In this document: piece after piece, positions 1-12,115 of the stretch
How the letters are laid out: each line of letters begins with the position of its first letter
How positions within the stretch are numbered: the first letter of the stretch is position 1
Source: Hydrolagus colliei
Lineage: Eukaryota
Direction: 5' to 3'
NCBI GenBank assembly: GCA_035084275.1
Contig: CM068771.1
Span: forward strand, 4,092,001-4,156,000
DNA length: 64,000 bases
The notes under the pieces: generated by a model
Database searches by the model: none
What the model was told of the DNA's origin: nothing
What the model saw: only the letters and a program-made list of their open reading frames with translations
Position numbers and translations under genes: made by a program

Positions 1-604
1 TTTTGGCTTGCCGCTTGTAGAGCCTTAAAGTCTTGCTGCCGTTTTTTTCCCCTCGCGTCGGCCATTGTAGAAGATAAACTGTACACCTCTACTCCAGCAT
101 CATGGCTTCAAACCAGGCATCTACCAGCAAAGGTGATTTTTAGGTGAATTGTTACGTGAATAACAAAGGTCAGTTATTATCCGCCGTCTGTAGTCCGGCC
201 TCCTGCATGTCCCTTGTGCCCTCCATCCCGTCATTGGCGGGCGAGCGTTCACTAAACTCCCCGAAACTCTCCCTCTACCCTTCCACCTTGCCCTTACCCT
301 CCCCATCTTCTGGTCGCGCCTGAAGACCTTCCTCTTCACCTCTTAGTTGGTGGTTTTGGTGTTGTTGGTGTTGTTATTAGTGTTGTTGTTGTTGTAGCTA
401 TTGGTGATGGCATTGTTGGTCTTGTATTGGTCCCAGTTTCAGGTCTCAGCTGAAGATCTTTCTTTCCGACCGCGCCTTTGGTCACCTTTCTCCCCCTCCC
501 ACTGGCTCGGTGGGTCCAGCATCCGTTATATCTGAGGTGCCGTCCGGCGTGGAGTGAGGGCGCTATGTAAATGGAAGTTGTTGTCGGTGTTATTGGTGTT
601 GTTG

Positions 605-2120
605 GTCTGGGTGCATCCCTTGATGCGTCGCAACCATCAAGCTATCGACCCATCTCCAACCTCCCGTTTTTATCCAAGGTCCTTGAAAGAGTGGTTGCCT
701 CTCAGCTCCGCTCTTTCCTTTCAACTCACTCACTCCTTGAACCCCTCCAATCAGGTTTCCCGCCCAATTCACAGCACAGAAACTGCCCTGGTTAAGGTTA
801 CAAATGACATCCTAACCACCTGTGACCAGGGCTCCCTCTGCCTCCTCATCCTCCTTGACCTGTCTGCTGCGTTTGACACAGTCGATCACACCATCCTCCT
901 TCAACGTCTTTCCTCCCACCTCAACCTTCAAGGCACAGTCCTTGACTGGTTCCATTCCTACCTGACCCACCGTTTACACTTTGTATCTTCCAATGGTTTT
1001 TCCTCAAACCCCCGCACAGTTTCTCACGGCATCCCTCAGGGCTCTGTCCTCGGCCCCCTCCTTTTCACCCTTTACACGCTCCCTCTGGGCGATGTCATCC
1101 GCAAACATGGGGTAAATTTCCACATGTATGCGGACGACACCCAGCTGTACCTTTCTGCCTCATCCCTCAACCCCCAGACCATCGATGTTCTGACAGCATG
1201 TCTGTCCGACATTGAGTACTGGACGAGGGACAACTTCCTCCAATTGAAAGTGAGTAAGACCGAGGCCCTCCTGATCGGCTCAAGCCAGCGCCTCCGCACA
1301 TTGGGCGCTGCCAGCCTCAACATCCAAGGCTGCACTCTCCACCTCACAAAGCCAGTCAGGAACCTCGGCATCACGTTCGACCCAAAACTCTCCTTCCTCC
1401 CCCACATCCGTGCCTTGACCGGTACCGCTTACTTCCACCTGCGCAATATTGCCAGGCTCCGCAATTATCTTACCCCCCGCGCTGCCGAAACACTCGTGCA
1501 CGCATACATCACCTCAAGGCTGGACTACGGAAACTCTCTCCTCGTCGGCCTCCCCAGTTCCTCCATTCACAGGCTGCAGGTCATTCAAAACTCTGCAGCC
1601 CGTGTATTATCCCGCACCCGCCTCCGCGACCACATAACCCCCACCCTCGCCCGTCTCCACTGGCTCCCCATTCTCCAGAGGATCGAGTTCAAGATCCTCG
1701 TCCTCACCTTCAAGGCCTTACATGGCCTTGCCCCGCCCTATTTAACCAATTTACTCCGCCCCTACAAGCCCACCCGGACCCTCCTTTCAGCAGGACTTGG
1801 CCTGCTCCAAGCTTCCGCCTGAACCGCCCCACCATCGGAGGCCGGGCCTTCAGTTTCCCCGCTCCCACCCTATGGAATTCCATCCCCCAATCCCTCCGCC
1901 TGGTTTCTTCCCTTTCCTCTTTCAAGGCCGGTTTGAAGACTTTCCTCTTCGACCGTGCTTTTTGTTCCGACCCAAATTCTTCGACCTCCCCTTCGTGTTT
2001 CACCCCTTTCCGTACACTCCCCTCCCAGCTCGGGTCACACGCCTCCTGTGCAGCGCCTTGGGACGTCCTCCCGACGTGAAAGGCGCTTTATAAGTGTAAT
2101 TTGTTGTTGTTGTTGTTGTG
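605..2120 (+). mobile_element. 5'-truncated L2-clade LINE: RT domain, 3' UTR and (GTT)n tail, in an EGFL8 intron
   Basis: YRPISNLPFLSKVLER, frameshift near 770, then HSTETAL..LLDLSAAFDTVDH..GIPQGSVLGPLLF..YADDTQLY..LHWLP; ends GCGCCTTGGGACGTCC..GTTGTTG. Confidence 0.92.
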
Positions 2121-2160
2121 TTGCTGGCGTTGTATCTGTGACATTTCCTTGTCTCCTCAG

Positions 2161-2273
2161 AACCTTCTACAAGATTTCCTTCCGCCAGGTACAAAAGGAA
2201 GTTGTACAAACGGTTTATCATTGCTGCCCCGGCTGGAGAAAGAAACACCCCCACTCCACCACCTGTGACCTGG
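2161..2273 (+). CDS. EGFL8: EGFL8 exon, C-terminal half of EMI domain
   Basis: ctcctcag|A ACC TTC TAC..CTG G|gtgag; CCPGW motif. Confidence 0.92.
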
Positions 2274-5200
2274 GTGAGCAAAGCCTCGGATGGGGGCGGG
2301 GATGGGGGGAGGGGTGGGGGAGAGGGAGAGGCGCAGAGAATGGGGAGAGGGAGAAGTGGAGGACACGGAAGGGTGGGAGCGAGGAAAGGAGAGAGGTTGA
2401 GGAGAGTGGGATAAGGGGAAGGAGAATGGGAGGTGGTGGAGGAGGGAGGGGGAAATAGACCAGGGAGGGGGAAGGAGAGGAGGAAGGCGGATGGAGAGTG
2501 GGGATGCAGACGGATGGGTGGGCGGGAGGAGGGAGGCAGGGCGAGAGAAGTGGGAGAGAGCGGAGGAAGGGTGCGGGTGATGGGTAGAGAGGCAGGATAG
2601 AGTGGGAGAGAGGGAGGAGGGGGGGAGAGGGGAGTGGGTAGGGAGAGAGAGAGGGGAGGCACAAAGAGGGGGAGGTTTCAGGGATGGAAGTGCTCTGGAA
2701 ATCCATCCACAGTCCCTCTGCCTCTCCCCCCACCCCCCACCTTCCTTTGACAACTTCAAGACCCGTTTCAAAACGTTCCTCTTCGCCTATGCCTTCACCC
2801 AGTGTCTTCGGAGGTCCTCCTCCTGGGGAAGGGGCGGTAAATATTGTGAGTTGCTGTTGCTGTCGTTGTCCGAAGCTCAGTCACTGACTCCGCGCTTCTC
2901 TTTCCAGCCGTCTGCTCGAAGCCGTGTCAAAATGGTGGCACCTGCTCAAAGCCCAACGCGTGTGTCTGTCGCCCGGGCTGGGGCGGGAAGTACTGCAGAA
3001 TAGGTAATGGAGACCCCGCGAACTGTGCTTTACTTCATGTGGCCTTCGCTCCATCAGGTCTCTGTCCCCCCGAATCCTCCCCTCCACCATCGGCGGCCGT
3101 GCCTTCAGCCACTGCGCCCCGAGGCTCTGGAACTGCCTTCCTCACTCCCTTCGCCTCACCCCTGTGTGTGTGTGTGTGTGTGTGTGGAGTAAGGAAACTT
3201 GCCCAGGGTTTCGCCCTGACCTGTCTGGATTCGAGCACAGGTCTCATGCCTGTAAGACGAGTGCTCTAACCACTGAGCTCTATAGGACTCCACAATAATC
3301 ATGTCTCAAAGAGCTTCACACAATATACTGTAAAGTGAAGTGACTGTATATTTGTGGACGAATCGCGGCAGCTGATTGCGCACAGCGGCGTCCCCCACAA
3401 ACAGTCGTGGATTCAATGACCAATTTTTTTTTTTTAATAAAGGATTATTATCAGCCGTGTGGAATAAGGAAACTTACTTTCCCTCTGCCTCACCCCCTCC
3501 CTGGCCTCCTTCAAGTCTCGCCTCAAGACTCTCCTCTTCAATGGACCCATTGGCAACTCCTTTACCCCCCACCCCCCCAATCCCCCCGCCTTCCCCAGCT
3601 CGGGTCTGAATCAGTAACTGCCCAGCTCCTGATGTGAAAGGCGCTGTACACATGTAATGTTGTTGTAATTTCGTCCAGATGTTGACGAATGCCGGGCGCC
3701 CATCCAGCTGTGTGCCCAGCGCTGTGTGAACACACCCGGCAGCTACAGCTGTGATTGTCTCCCAGGCTACAGACTGGGAGCGGACGGACGAGCCTGTGAG
3801 AGGTCGGAGACCAGCCAACCCCCAGTCACTCCTTCAGCACCGGAGGGTAAGGCAGAAACAAGCTCCTGTAGCTCTCTTGTCACTCTGAGACACTCAGGGT
3901 ATATTCTGTTGTGTGTAGTGACTGTGTAAGCGAACGCAGGCAGCCAGGTCCACAAACAGCGGAGTACGTAGTTTATTTACTATTGTTTTTAAAGGAAAGA
4001 TGACCCTCGGAAAAGCCATCTGCCAGTAAATCGACTGAAACTGGGTTGCGAGAGGCTTGGGTTCAATTCCAGGCAGGGGGGAAACCTCGGACATGTTTCC
4101 TTACTCCAGCAGCCTGATAATAATCCCTCTCAAAAGGAAAATTTGTCATTAAATCCACGACTGTTTGTGGGGGGCGCTGCTGTGCGCAATTGGCTGCTGC
4201 GTTTCGCCCACATATGTACAGTGAGTTCACTTCACAATATAAAGCGCTTTGAGGCGTCTAGAAGACGTGAAAAGCACTATATCAAATGCAACGATTATTC
4301 TTACTGCTAGGTAAACAGGGGTGTGTGTGGAGTGAGGAAACTTGCCGAATGTTTTGGCCTGCCTGGGAATCGAACCCAGGGTCTCTCGCTTGTGAGGCGA
4401 GTGCTCTAACCACTGAGCTACAGGACAGCCACAGTAAATAGTTTCTCGGATTCATTTCCATATGATACCGAGGAAATCGTTATAATTCTTTTTAAAAAGC
4501 TCGGACGTCCTCCCGATAATTGTCGTATTTTATCCTCATCCACGCCTTCGTTACTTCCCAACTTGACTATGCAAACGCCCTGCTGGTCGGCCTTCTCAAT
4601 TCCTCCCTCCGCAGGCTGCAGATAATCCAGAACTCTGCTGTCCGTGTCCTCTACCGTTCCAAACTCCGTGGCCCCATCTCCCCCATCCTCGCCCGACTCC
4701 ATTGTCTCCCCATCATCCAGAGGATCCAATTCAAGATCCTGGTCCTCACATTTAAAGCCCTCCACAACCTCGCCCCCCGCCCCACCCTACATCCGTGATC
4801 TCCTATCCCCCCTTACCAACCTGCCCCCCCCACCCCACCTCCGCTCAGCAGGCTGTGGTCCCCCGACTCACCATTGGCGGGCGAGCCTTCAGTCACTCTG
4901 CCCCCAACCTCTGGAACTCCATCGCACAGTCCCTCCACCTCACCCCCTCACTGGTCTCCTTCAAGTCTCGCCTCAAGACGCTCCTCTACGATGGACCCAT
5001 CGGCAACTCCTCCCTCCCCCATCCCCTCCCCCCCACCCCCCAAACCCTTTCCTCAGCTCGGGTCTGAATCAATAAACTGTCCAGCGCCTTGGGACGTCCT
5101 CCTGATGTGAAATATAAATGTAATTTTGTTGTTGTTGTTGTTGTTATAAAGGGAATGTTCCCTGGAACGCCAAGTCTGCCGAGGTGTCAGCTTCCGGGAA

Positions 5201-7854
5201 ACGGGAACGTGGGTGACGGTGCGTTATTACCCCCGGCCCGCGCCGTGACTATCGATCCACGTACCGGGAGTGATAATGCACTGCGTCCCACCCCAGCCGC
5301 CAGCAACGGGGGGAAACCAAGAGAGATCGGAGACGAGCGCGTGGACCCAGGGAGCTCCTGTGCGTAGCTCAGTGGTTAGAGCCCACTCGCCTTAACGGCG
5401 TGAGATCTGTGTTTCGAATCCAGGCAGGTCAGGTCAGGGCGAAACCTGGGGACAAGTTTCCTTACTCTACACACACACACACACACACACACCTAATAAT
5501 AATCCCTCCTAAAAAAAACACAATAATAATAAATTGGTCATTTCAATCCACAGCTGTTTGTCGGGGGGGATGCTGCCGTGCGCAATTGGCTGCCGCGTTT
5601 CGCCCGCAAATATATACAGTCACTTCACTTTACAGTATATTCTGGGAAGCGCTTTGAGACGTCTCAACGGGCGATAGGGCACTGCATCAAATGTAGGGTC
5701 TATTATTTTTATTGTGTGTAAAATGTGAGCACTGTTATTTTAATGTCTCCCCGAATTTGCTTCTGCTACGTTTATGTTTTCAGGTGGAAAGGAGTCAGAT
5801 GGAGGAGGCAGCAATGAGGTACAGGAGCTTCGCACTCGCATCGAGTTACTGGAGCAGGTGAGGGAGGGAAGGAGGGAGTGAGTGAGGGAGGGAGGGAGTG
5901 AGGGAAGGAGGGAGTGAGTGAGGGAGGGAGGGAGTGAGACAATTTGAATGTGTGTGAGAGTTTGAGTCAGTGAGTGAGTGTAGGGGTGAGAGTTTGAATG
6001 TGCATGAGAGAATTTCAGTGAGTGTGTGGGTGGATGTGGTTGAGAGAGTGTGTGTGTGAGAGAGAGTTTGAGTGTGAGGGAAGGAGTGAGTGAGTGTTTG
6101 AATGTGTGTGAGAGTTTGAGTCAGTAAGTGAGTGAGTGAGTGAGTTTGAATGTGTGTGAGAGAATTTCAGTGAGTGTGTGGGTGAGAGAGTGTGTGTGTG
6201 AGAGAGAGTTTGAGTGTGAGGGAGGGAGGGAGACTTTATGGTGAGTCAGGTCAGTGTGCGTATGGGAGCACAAGAGACGCTGAGCATAGCCCAAATCATC
6301 ACCGACAACAACTTGCATTTATATCTAGCGCCTTTCACACAGAGCAGTGTCTCTGAGCGCTCAACTCAGGCAGAGTCTGATGTTGAGTTGGGGGTGAGTG
6401 GGGAGGTGACCATAGATACGGTCGAAGAGGAAGGTCTTAAGGCGTGATAAGAATGAAGAATGAAGGCACAAGGTGGGGGGGGGGGAATAGAAGGGAGAGT
6501 TACAGAGTTAGGGGCCTGATAGCTCTGCCGCCGATGGTGGGGACATCCTCCCGTGGACATGGAAGACGCTTGATCAATGTAACTTTGTTGTGCTTGTTGG
6601 TGGTGGAGTTAGGCCACAGACTGTTTGCAAAATGAGTCGGGGAGATGTATAGAGAGACACAACATAGCCCGGTGACGCGAGTTAACCTTGTAACTGTGCT
6701 ACCGAGCTTTGTCTACGCCGCTGTGTGCAGACGCTGCGGATCGGGGCATCGCGGGCCGGAGGTCGTGGGTTTAAAACCACATCAGAGGCTTTCAGTTCGT
6801 AGTTCAGGCTTCCGAGCAATACACCAGGGCCCTGCCTGGCTGGTTAGGTGGACATTAAATCCCTTCTCGGACTAGCCGTAACTCCCACTCCAAAATACTC
6901 TCTCGCCTGTACACACACGCACGCACGCACAGTCTGACTCTATCTCTTATCTCTCGCTCAGTGTGTAGGAACATGCTTGTTAGTTAATTGGTGGATCACT
7001 TTGCTGAGGCAATGATCGCTTCAAAAACTATATACTGTATAATAATGGTCACTCAATCCACGACTGTTTGTGGGACCTTGCTGTGCGCAATTGGCTGTCG
7101 TGTTTCTCCCACAAAACACGCAGTGTATCCTACGAAGCACTTAGAGACTTGATAAGGCGCTATATCAAATGCAAGGATTATTATTATTAATACTATTATT
7201 ATTCTCATTAATTCCCTTTGCCTTGCACGTCCTCTGTCTTCAAAATGCTGTATGAATTATCTCTTTGTCTGTGCCTTTGATCAATAATCTCAAGCTATTC
7301 TTCCTCATCTTGATAATAATAATAAGAAGAAGAATCCTAGCATTTGACGTAGCAACTTCTCAGGTCATTGTGATGTTTTAAAACGTAGAATATATTTTGA
7401 AGTGGATTGACTACCCAATTGATTAACAACCGGGTTCCTACTTATTGCTCGGTAAACAGAGGTGCGCGCGTGTGTGTGTCTGTGTGTGTGTGTGTGTGTA
7501 GTAAGGAAACTTGCCCAAAGTTTCTCCTTGCCCAGGAAGAAAGTCTGCGTTGTCTCGTTTGCGAGGCGAGCGCTCTAACCACTGAGCTACAGGACTCCAC
7601 TGTATCAGTAGATATATATAATAATAATAATCCTTGCATTTGATATAGCGCTTTTCACATCTTATCGATGTCTCAAAGCACTTCCCAGAATATACTGTAA
7701 AGTGAAGTGACTGTATATTTGTGGGCGAAACGCGGCAGCCAATTGCGCACAGCAGCGTCCCCCACAGTCGTGGATTGAAATGACCAATTTTTATTATTGT
7801 GTTTTTTGGGGCGGGATGGTTTATTCTTTGGCTTGTGTGTGTTTGTGTGTGTGC

Positions 7855-7885
<31 letters not shown>

Positions 7886-8813
7886 GTGTAAGGAAACTGG
7901 CCCAAGGTTTCACCCTGACCTGCCTGGATTCGAAACACAGCACTCAGATAAGTGCACAATGTTGTGAAGCGCTTTGTAGGTGTCACCCGACTGATGAAAA
8001 GTGCCTCTGTTTACGTTGTTGTCGCTGTGTTTACAGAAGATGGATTGGACTCTCAACACATTCCAGAAGCTGATCCTGACGGCCTCCGATGAGACGGACT
8101 TGGACAATCCCATGAGCTTGCAGAACACCAGGAATTTAATCTCCCAGTTCCAGCAGCTGGATCGTATCGACTCTCTCAGTGAACAGATCGCCTTCCTCGA
8201 GGAGAGGCTGTCTGACTCCTGTGAGTGCCAATTGGGCGGATAAGGTCAATGTTTGTACGGGAATCCTTGTGCATGTGTGTGTGTGTGTGTGTGCGTGTGA
8301 TGCGTGTGTGTATGTGTGTGTGTGATGCTTATGTGTGTGTGATGCGTGTGTGTATGTGTGTGATGCGTGTGTGCATGTGTGTGTGTGTGTTCATGCGGGT
8401 GAGTGCGAAGAGAGAGTTTCAGCCATTTCACACTACGTTTCAAATGCCAGGATAATAATAAATGATAATAATCTTTCCAGTTGATATCGGGCTTTCTCAC
8501 ATTTTATCAACGTCTCAAAGCGCTTCACAGAATGTGCTGTAAAGTGAAGTGACTGTATATTTGTGAGCGAAACACTGATGTTCGAGACTGTTTGTGGGAC
8601 ATTGCTGTGTGCAATTGAATGCCGCATTCCGGTCGCAAAATATACAGGTAATTCACTTGACAATATATTCTGTGAAGCGCCTTAAGATGCCTCGAAGACA
8701 TGGTAAGGCTCTATATCAAACGCAAAGGTTATTAATGTTAAATTTTCTGCGCCCAGCTCGTTCATTGCTTCTCTTCCATCTTTCCCGCAGGTGCCTGTCG
8801 GGATGGAAACTAG
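2161..8813 (+). CDS. EGFL8: EGF-like domain protein 8 (EMI-EGF-cbEGF-coiled coil), 5'-partial; join(2161-2273,2908-3003,3679-3846,5784-5857,8037-8220,8791-8813)
   Basis: Six AG/GT-bounded exons with compatible phases (2-1,1-1,1-1,1-0,0-1,1-stop). They translate to [31 protein letters not shown] (EMI, closer to recalled EGFL8 than EGFL7), [12 protein letters not shown].., [13 protein letters not shown].., [42 protein letters not shown]. Linkage to RNF5 supports EGFL8. Confidence 0.9.
2274..2690 (+). repeat. About 400-nt polypurine (GA-rich) tract after an EGFL8 donor
   Basis: Direct inspection. Confidence 0.9.
2908..3003 (+). CDS. EGFL8: EGFL8 exon, EGF domain 1
   Basis: ttccag|..(A)[31 protein letters not shown]..|gtaatg; 6-Cys EGF spacing. 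Confidence 0.93.
   Translation, partial: PSARSRVKMVAPAQSPTRVSVARAGAGSTAE
3679..3846 (+). CDS. EGFL8: EGFL8 exon, calcium-binding EGF domain
   Basis: gtccag|..[41 protein letters not shown]..|gtaagg. Confidence 0.93.
4510..5146 (+). mobile_element. L2 LINE 3' fragment with (GTT)n tail
   Basis: [34 protein letters not shown]. Confidence 0.85.
5784..5857 (+). CDS. EGFL8: EGFL8 exon, coiled-coil start
   Basis: ttttcag|..[25 protein letters not shown]|gtgagg; phase 1-0. Confidence 0.85.
5860..6240 (+). repeat. GAGGGAGG / TTTGAATGTGTGTGAGAG low-complexity repeat
   Basis: Direct inspection. Confidence 0.85.
8037..8220 (+). CDS. EGFL8: EGFL8 exon, C-terminal coiled coil
   Basis: ttacag|[29 protein letters not shown]|gtgagt. 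Confidence 0.9.
8791..8813 (+). CDS. EGFL8: EGFL8 terminal coding exon (C)ACRDGN*
   Basis: Long pyrimidine tract tctttcccgcag|GT GCC TGT CGG GAT GGA AAC TAG; restores the family CxC end. Confidence 0.8.
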
Positions 8814-8869
8814 ACATGGGACGTCATCACTCGGGGTGGGGGAGACAAGGGTCATGTCTGGATCCTGAC

Positions 8870-9232
8870 CAACCTCACCCCTACATCCGTGACCTCCTAT
8901 CTCCTTACCAACCTGCCCACCCTCTCTGGTCAGCAGGCTCTGGCCTGCTCCACGTCCCCCACCCAACCCACCCACCCAACCATTGGCGGGCGAACCTTCA
9001 GCCACTCTGCCCCCAATCTCTGGAACTCCATCCCTGGCCTCCTTCAAGTCTCGCCTCAAGACTCTCCTCTTCAGTGGACCCATCGGCAGCTCCTAATCCC
9101 CCCTTCCCATCCCCCACCACCCTCCCCCACCCTTTACTAAGCTCGGGTCTGAAGCAGTAACTGTCCAGCGCCTTGGGACGTCCTCCTGACGTGAAAGGCG
9201 CGATACAAGTGTCATTTTGTTGTTGTTGTTGC
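8870..9232 (+). mobile_element. L2 3' fragment in the EGFL8 3' UTR region
   Basis: [16 protein letters not shown] motif, L2 terminal hairpin and tail. Confidence 0.8.
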
Positions 9233-9884
9233 TGGTGCTATATAAAGTAATGGTGGGGGGTGGGGGTGGGGGGGGGTTTGCTGCTGATATCGCACAGACA
9301 TTCTGTGTCTGTCTGTATGAGATTACAGTGTGAACCCCCCCACCACCACCACCCCCCACACACACACACACCCCACCCTTGTTTAGTGTTTAAAAGGGGG
9401 AGAACAGACGCCTCGTCATCACATGTAAAGTTGTACATTATTTGTAATTTATATTTGTAGACGGTTCAAAAAAAAAAGTTGTCCTTTCTTTTCTAAATGG
9501 CTGAGTCACTGCCCCTGGTGTCTCCTTGTCATATGGACTCTGACAATCTCCTCACCACATCACCCTGTCCGCTCCCTCCGCTCGGCTTGCTTCAGATCCC
9601 CTGCGCTTCTCGCCCTACCATTGGTGGTCGGGCATTCAACATCTCTGCGCCCACACTCCGGAACTCCGTACCGCAATTCCTCCACCTCGCCCACTCTCTC
9701 CCCCTTGTCAGGTCCCCCCCCCCCCCCCCCCCACACACACCGAAAAACCCTTCCTCTTCGACCTTGCTTATCCCCAACACTTCGCTGGCTCGGAGTCAGG
9801 CAGCACCACACTCTCGGGAAGTCCTCCCGAGGCAAAAGGCGCTCTAGAAGTACAATTTTGTTGGCCTACTCCTAATGTACATGA

Positions 9885-9985
9885 ACAAACGTTGCTGGGG
9901 AAACTCAGCAGGTCAGGCAGCATCCATGGAGAAAGGAAACAGAGTCAACGTTTCGGGTCTACAACCCTTTGTCAGGACTGGATTG
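9885..9985 (+). mobile_element. Penelope-like terminal repeat fragment
   Basis: ctcagcaggtcaggcagcatcc..acagagtcaacgtttcggg resembles the recalled shark Penelope repeat. Confidence 0.5.
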
Positions 9986-10572
9986 AGTGAGCAAATTATT
10001 ATCATTTTTTAAAAATGGAATAGATTATTTCCCCTGAAAAGCAATCTGCCAATCGACTAACAACCGGGTTCCTACTTACTACTGGGTAAACAGAGGTGTG
10101 TGTGTGTGTGTGTGGAATAAGGAAACATGCAAGGCAAGCTCTCTAACCACTGAGCCACAGGAGTCCAAAAAAAATACAAATGGAGCCAGCTTCAGCTAAT
10201 TATAATACATAATAATCCTTGCATTTGAACTAGCTCATTTCACATCTTATCGACGTCTCAAAGCGCTTCACAGAATATACTGTAAAGTGAATTGACTGTA
10301 CATTTGAGAGCGAAATGCGGCAGCCGATTGTGCACAGCAGCGTCCCCCACAAACAGTCGTGGATTGAAATTACCAATTTTATTATCGTGCTTTTTTGGGG
10401 ATCGATTATGATTAGGTGTGTGTGTGTATGTGGAGTAAGGAAACTTGCCCAAGGTTTCACCCTGAACCTGCCTGGATTCAAACACAGGTCTCACGCTTGT
10501 AAGGCGAGTGCTCCAACCACTGAGACACAGGTTCTCCACAGAGGTACAGTGAATGTAACCCTCCAGTGCCAC

Positions 10573-11397
10573 CTACTGATGGTCTCTGCGGTTTCGTTCA
10601 GAGAAGACACACACACAGCGATGTCTGAACGCCTTTAATATCTGACGTTTGGAATCCTCGGTCTTCAAGTAGGAAAGGTGATCAAAGAGGAGGCCGGGGA
10701 CATCCATTAGATTTGCGTGATCCCCACCCCTGATAAATCAACAACAAATTTCATTTATATCCATCGCCTTTGACTTCCCTCCATTCGGCCCTTCGAGAGC
10801 CTGCCCCGCTATTCAATAAGACTCATGGCTGATCTATTCTAACTCCACCTGCCCCCGCCTTAACCCCATGTCCATTAATCCCTTTATTCACAAGAAATCC
10901 ATCAATCTGAGTCTTGAATATTTTCAAGGCCTGGAAGGGAAGCCGTTGGTGGTGACAAAGTGGAGACGATGAGAAAGGTAAGAGTCGAACCAGGCGAGGG
11001 CAGGTCCGCGGTGGTTGAGCTGGAAGGAGAGGATGCAGCGGTCGACAGTGTCGAAGGCAGCAGAAAGATTGAGTAGGACAAGGAGGCAGAGAGAGCCCCA
11101 ATCACATGTTTAGAATACCATTAGAGACTGAATTGTAACGCAAACCTTTTGATGGGTCTGCAGTGGCAGATCCATATCACACACACGTTAACAATGTGTT
11201 TGGGTTTACTGTAAGACTGCGGGTTCACTTACTTCCAGACTCCCAGAGGGATCATCGTCAGCCATTGCAGGATGTGGAGGCTTATAGACAGTGTGGATTT
11301 GCTCCAACTTCGGGCATTTAACTCTCGAATACGAGGGTAAAAACTCTTCCGTTTGAAAAGCAGAAAACGTTAGCTTGGGATGGAGGGTCTCTCCTAT
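10573..11397 (-). CDS. Candidate two terminal exons of an unidentified minus-strand gene; join(11397-11233,10662-10573)
   Basis: ttgtttctag|IGETLHPK..LPSYSRV..DDDPSGSLE|gtaagt (165 nt open, phase 0-0), then cctttcctacttgaag|TEDSKRQILKAFRHRCVCVFSERNRRDHQ TAG. No homology recognised. Confidence 0.3.
10930..11100 (-). mobile_element. L2 RT fragment
   Basis: Minus strand GSLCLLVLLNLSAAFDTVD..WFDSYLSHRLHFV. Confidence 0.75.
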
Positions 11398-11894
11398 CTA
11401 GAAACAATGGAAGCCATTCAACCTAGGAAGTCTGTTCCACCAATTTAGCAAAAATTTAAACATATCTTTTTATTTTTATAGAACTCTGCAGCTGGTGTAC
11501 TCTCCCGCATCAGGCACTCCCACCCTCGCCCATCTCCACTGACTCCCCGTCTCCCAGAGGATCAAATTCAAGATCCTCGTCCTCACCTTCAAGGCCATTC
11601 GCGGCCTTGCCCCCCCCCAACGTCTATCTCTCTGACCTGCTGTCTCCCTATCAGCCTGTGCCCGTCTCCCCTCCGTTCAGCTCCACGTCCTCCGCCATAA
11701 CCGCCCAACCATCGGTGGCCGGGCTTTCAGCCTCTCTGTCACCACACTATGGAACTCCATCCTGCAATCCCTTCGCCTCACTTCCTCCCTTTCCTCCTTC
11801 AAGGCCAATCTTAAGAACTTCCCCTTCGACCGTGCCTTCGGCTTCCCTCCTAACTCTTCCTACTCTCCCTTCCCCCCACTTCCCCTGGCAGTGA

Positions 11895-12115
11895 CCGTAT
11901 GGAATTCACTCCCCCAGAAGGCTGTAGATGCTCAGTCCTTGAACATTTTCAAGGCTGAGACTGATAGATTTTGGGAAAATAGAGGAATTAGGGGATATGG
12001 GGATAGGGCAGGTAATTAGAGTTAGGTCAGAAGATCAGGCATGATCTTATTGAATGGCGGGGCAGGCTTGAGGGGCTGAACGGCCTACTCCTGCTCCTAA
12101 TTCTTATGTTCTTAA
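11895..12115 (+). mobile_element. CR1 LINE 3' end
   Basis: VWNSLPQKAVDAQSLNIFKAETDRF-like sequence, CR1 3' UTR and TTCTTATGTTCTT tail. Confidence 0.8.

Noticed and set aside
554-1822. 422-aa RT ORF as a host gene or active LINE
   Set aside because: 5'-truncated L2 with no endonuclease, a frameshift near 770 and a non-ATG ORF start.
6640-6900. CpG-rich segment with a B-box-like GGTTTAAAACC as an ncRNA or SINE
   Set aside because: No matching A box or second copy in the window; unsupported.
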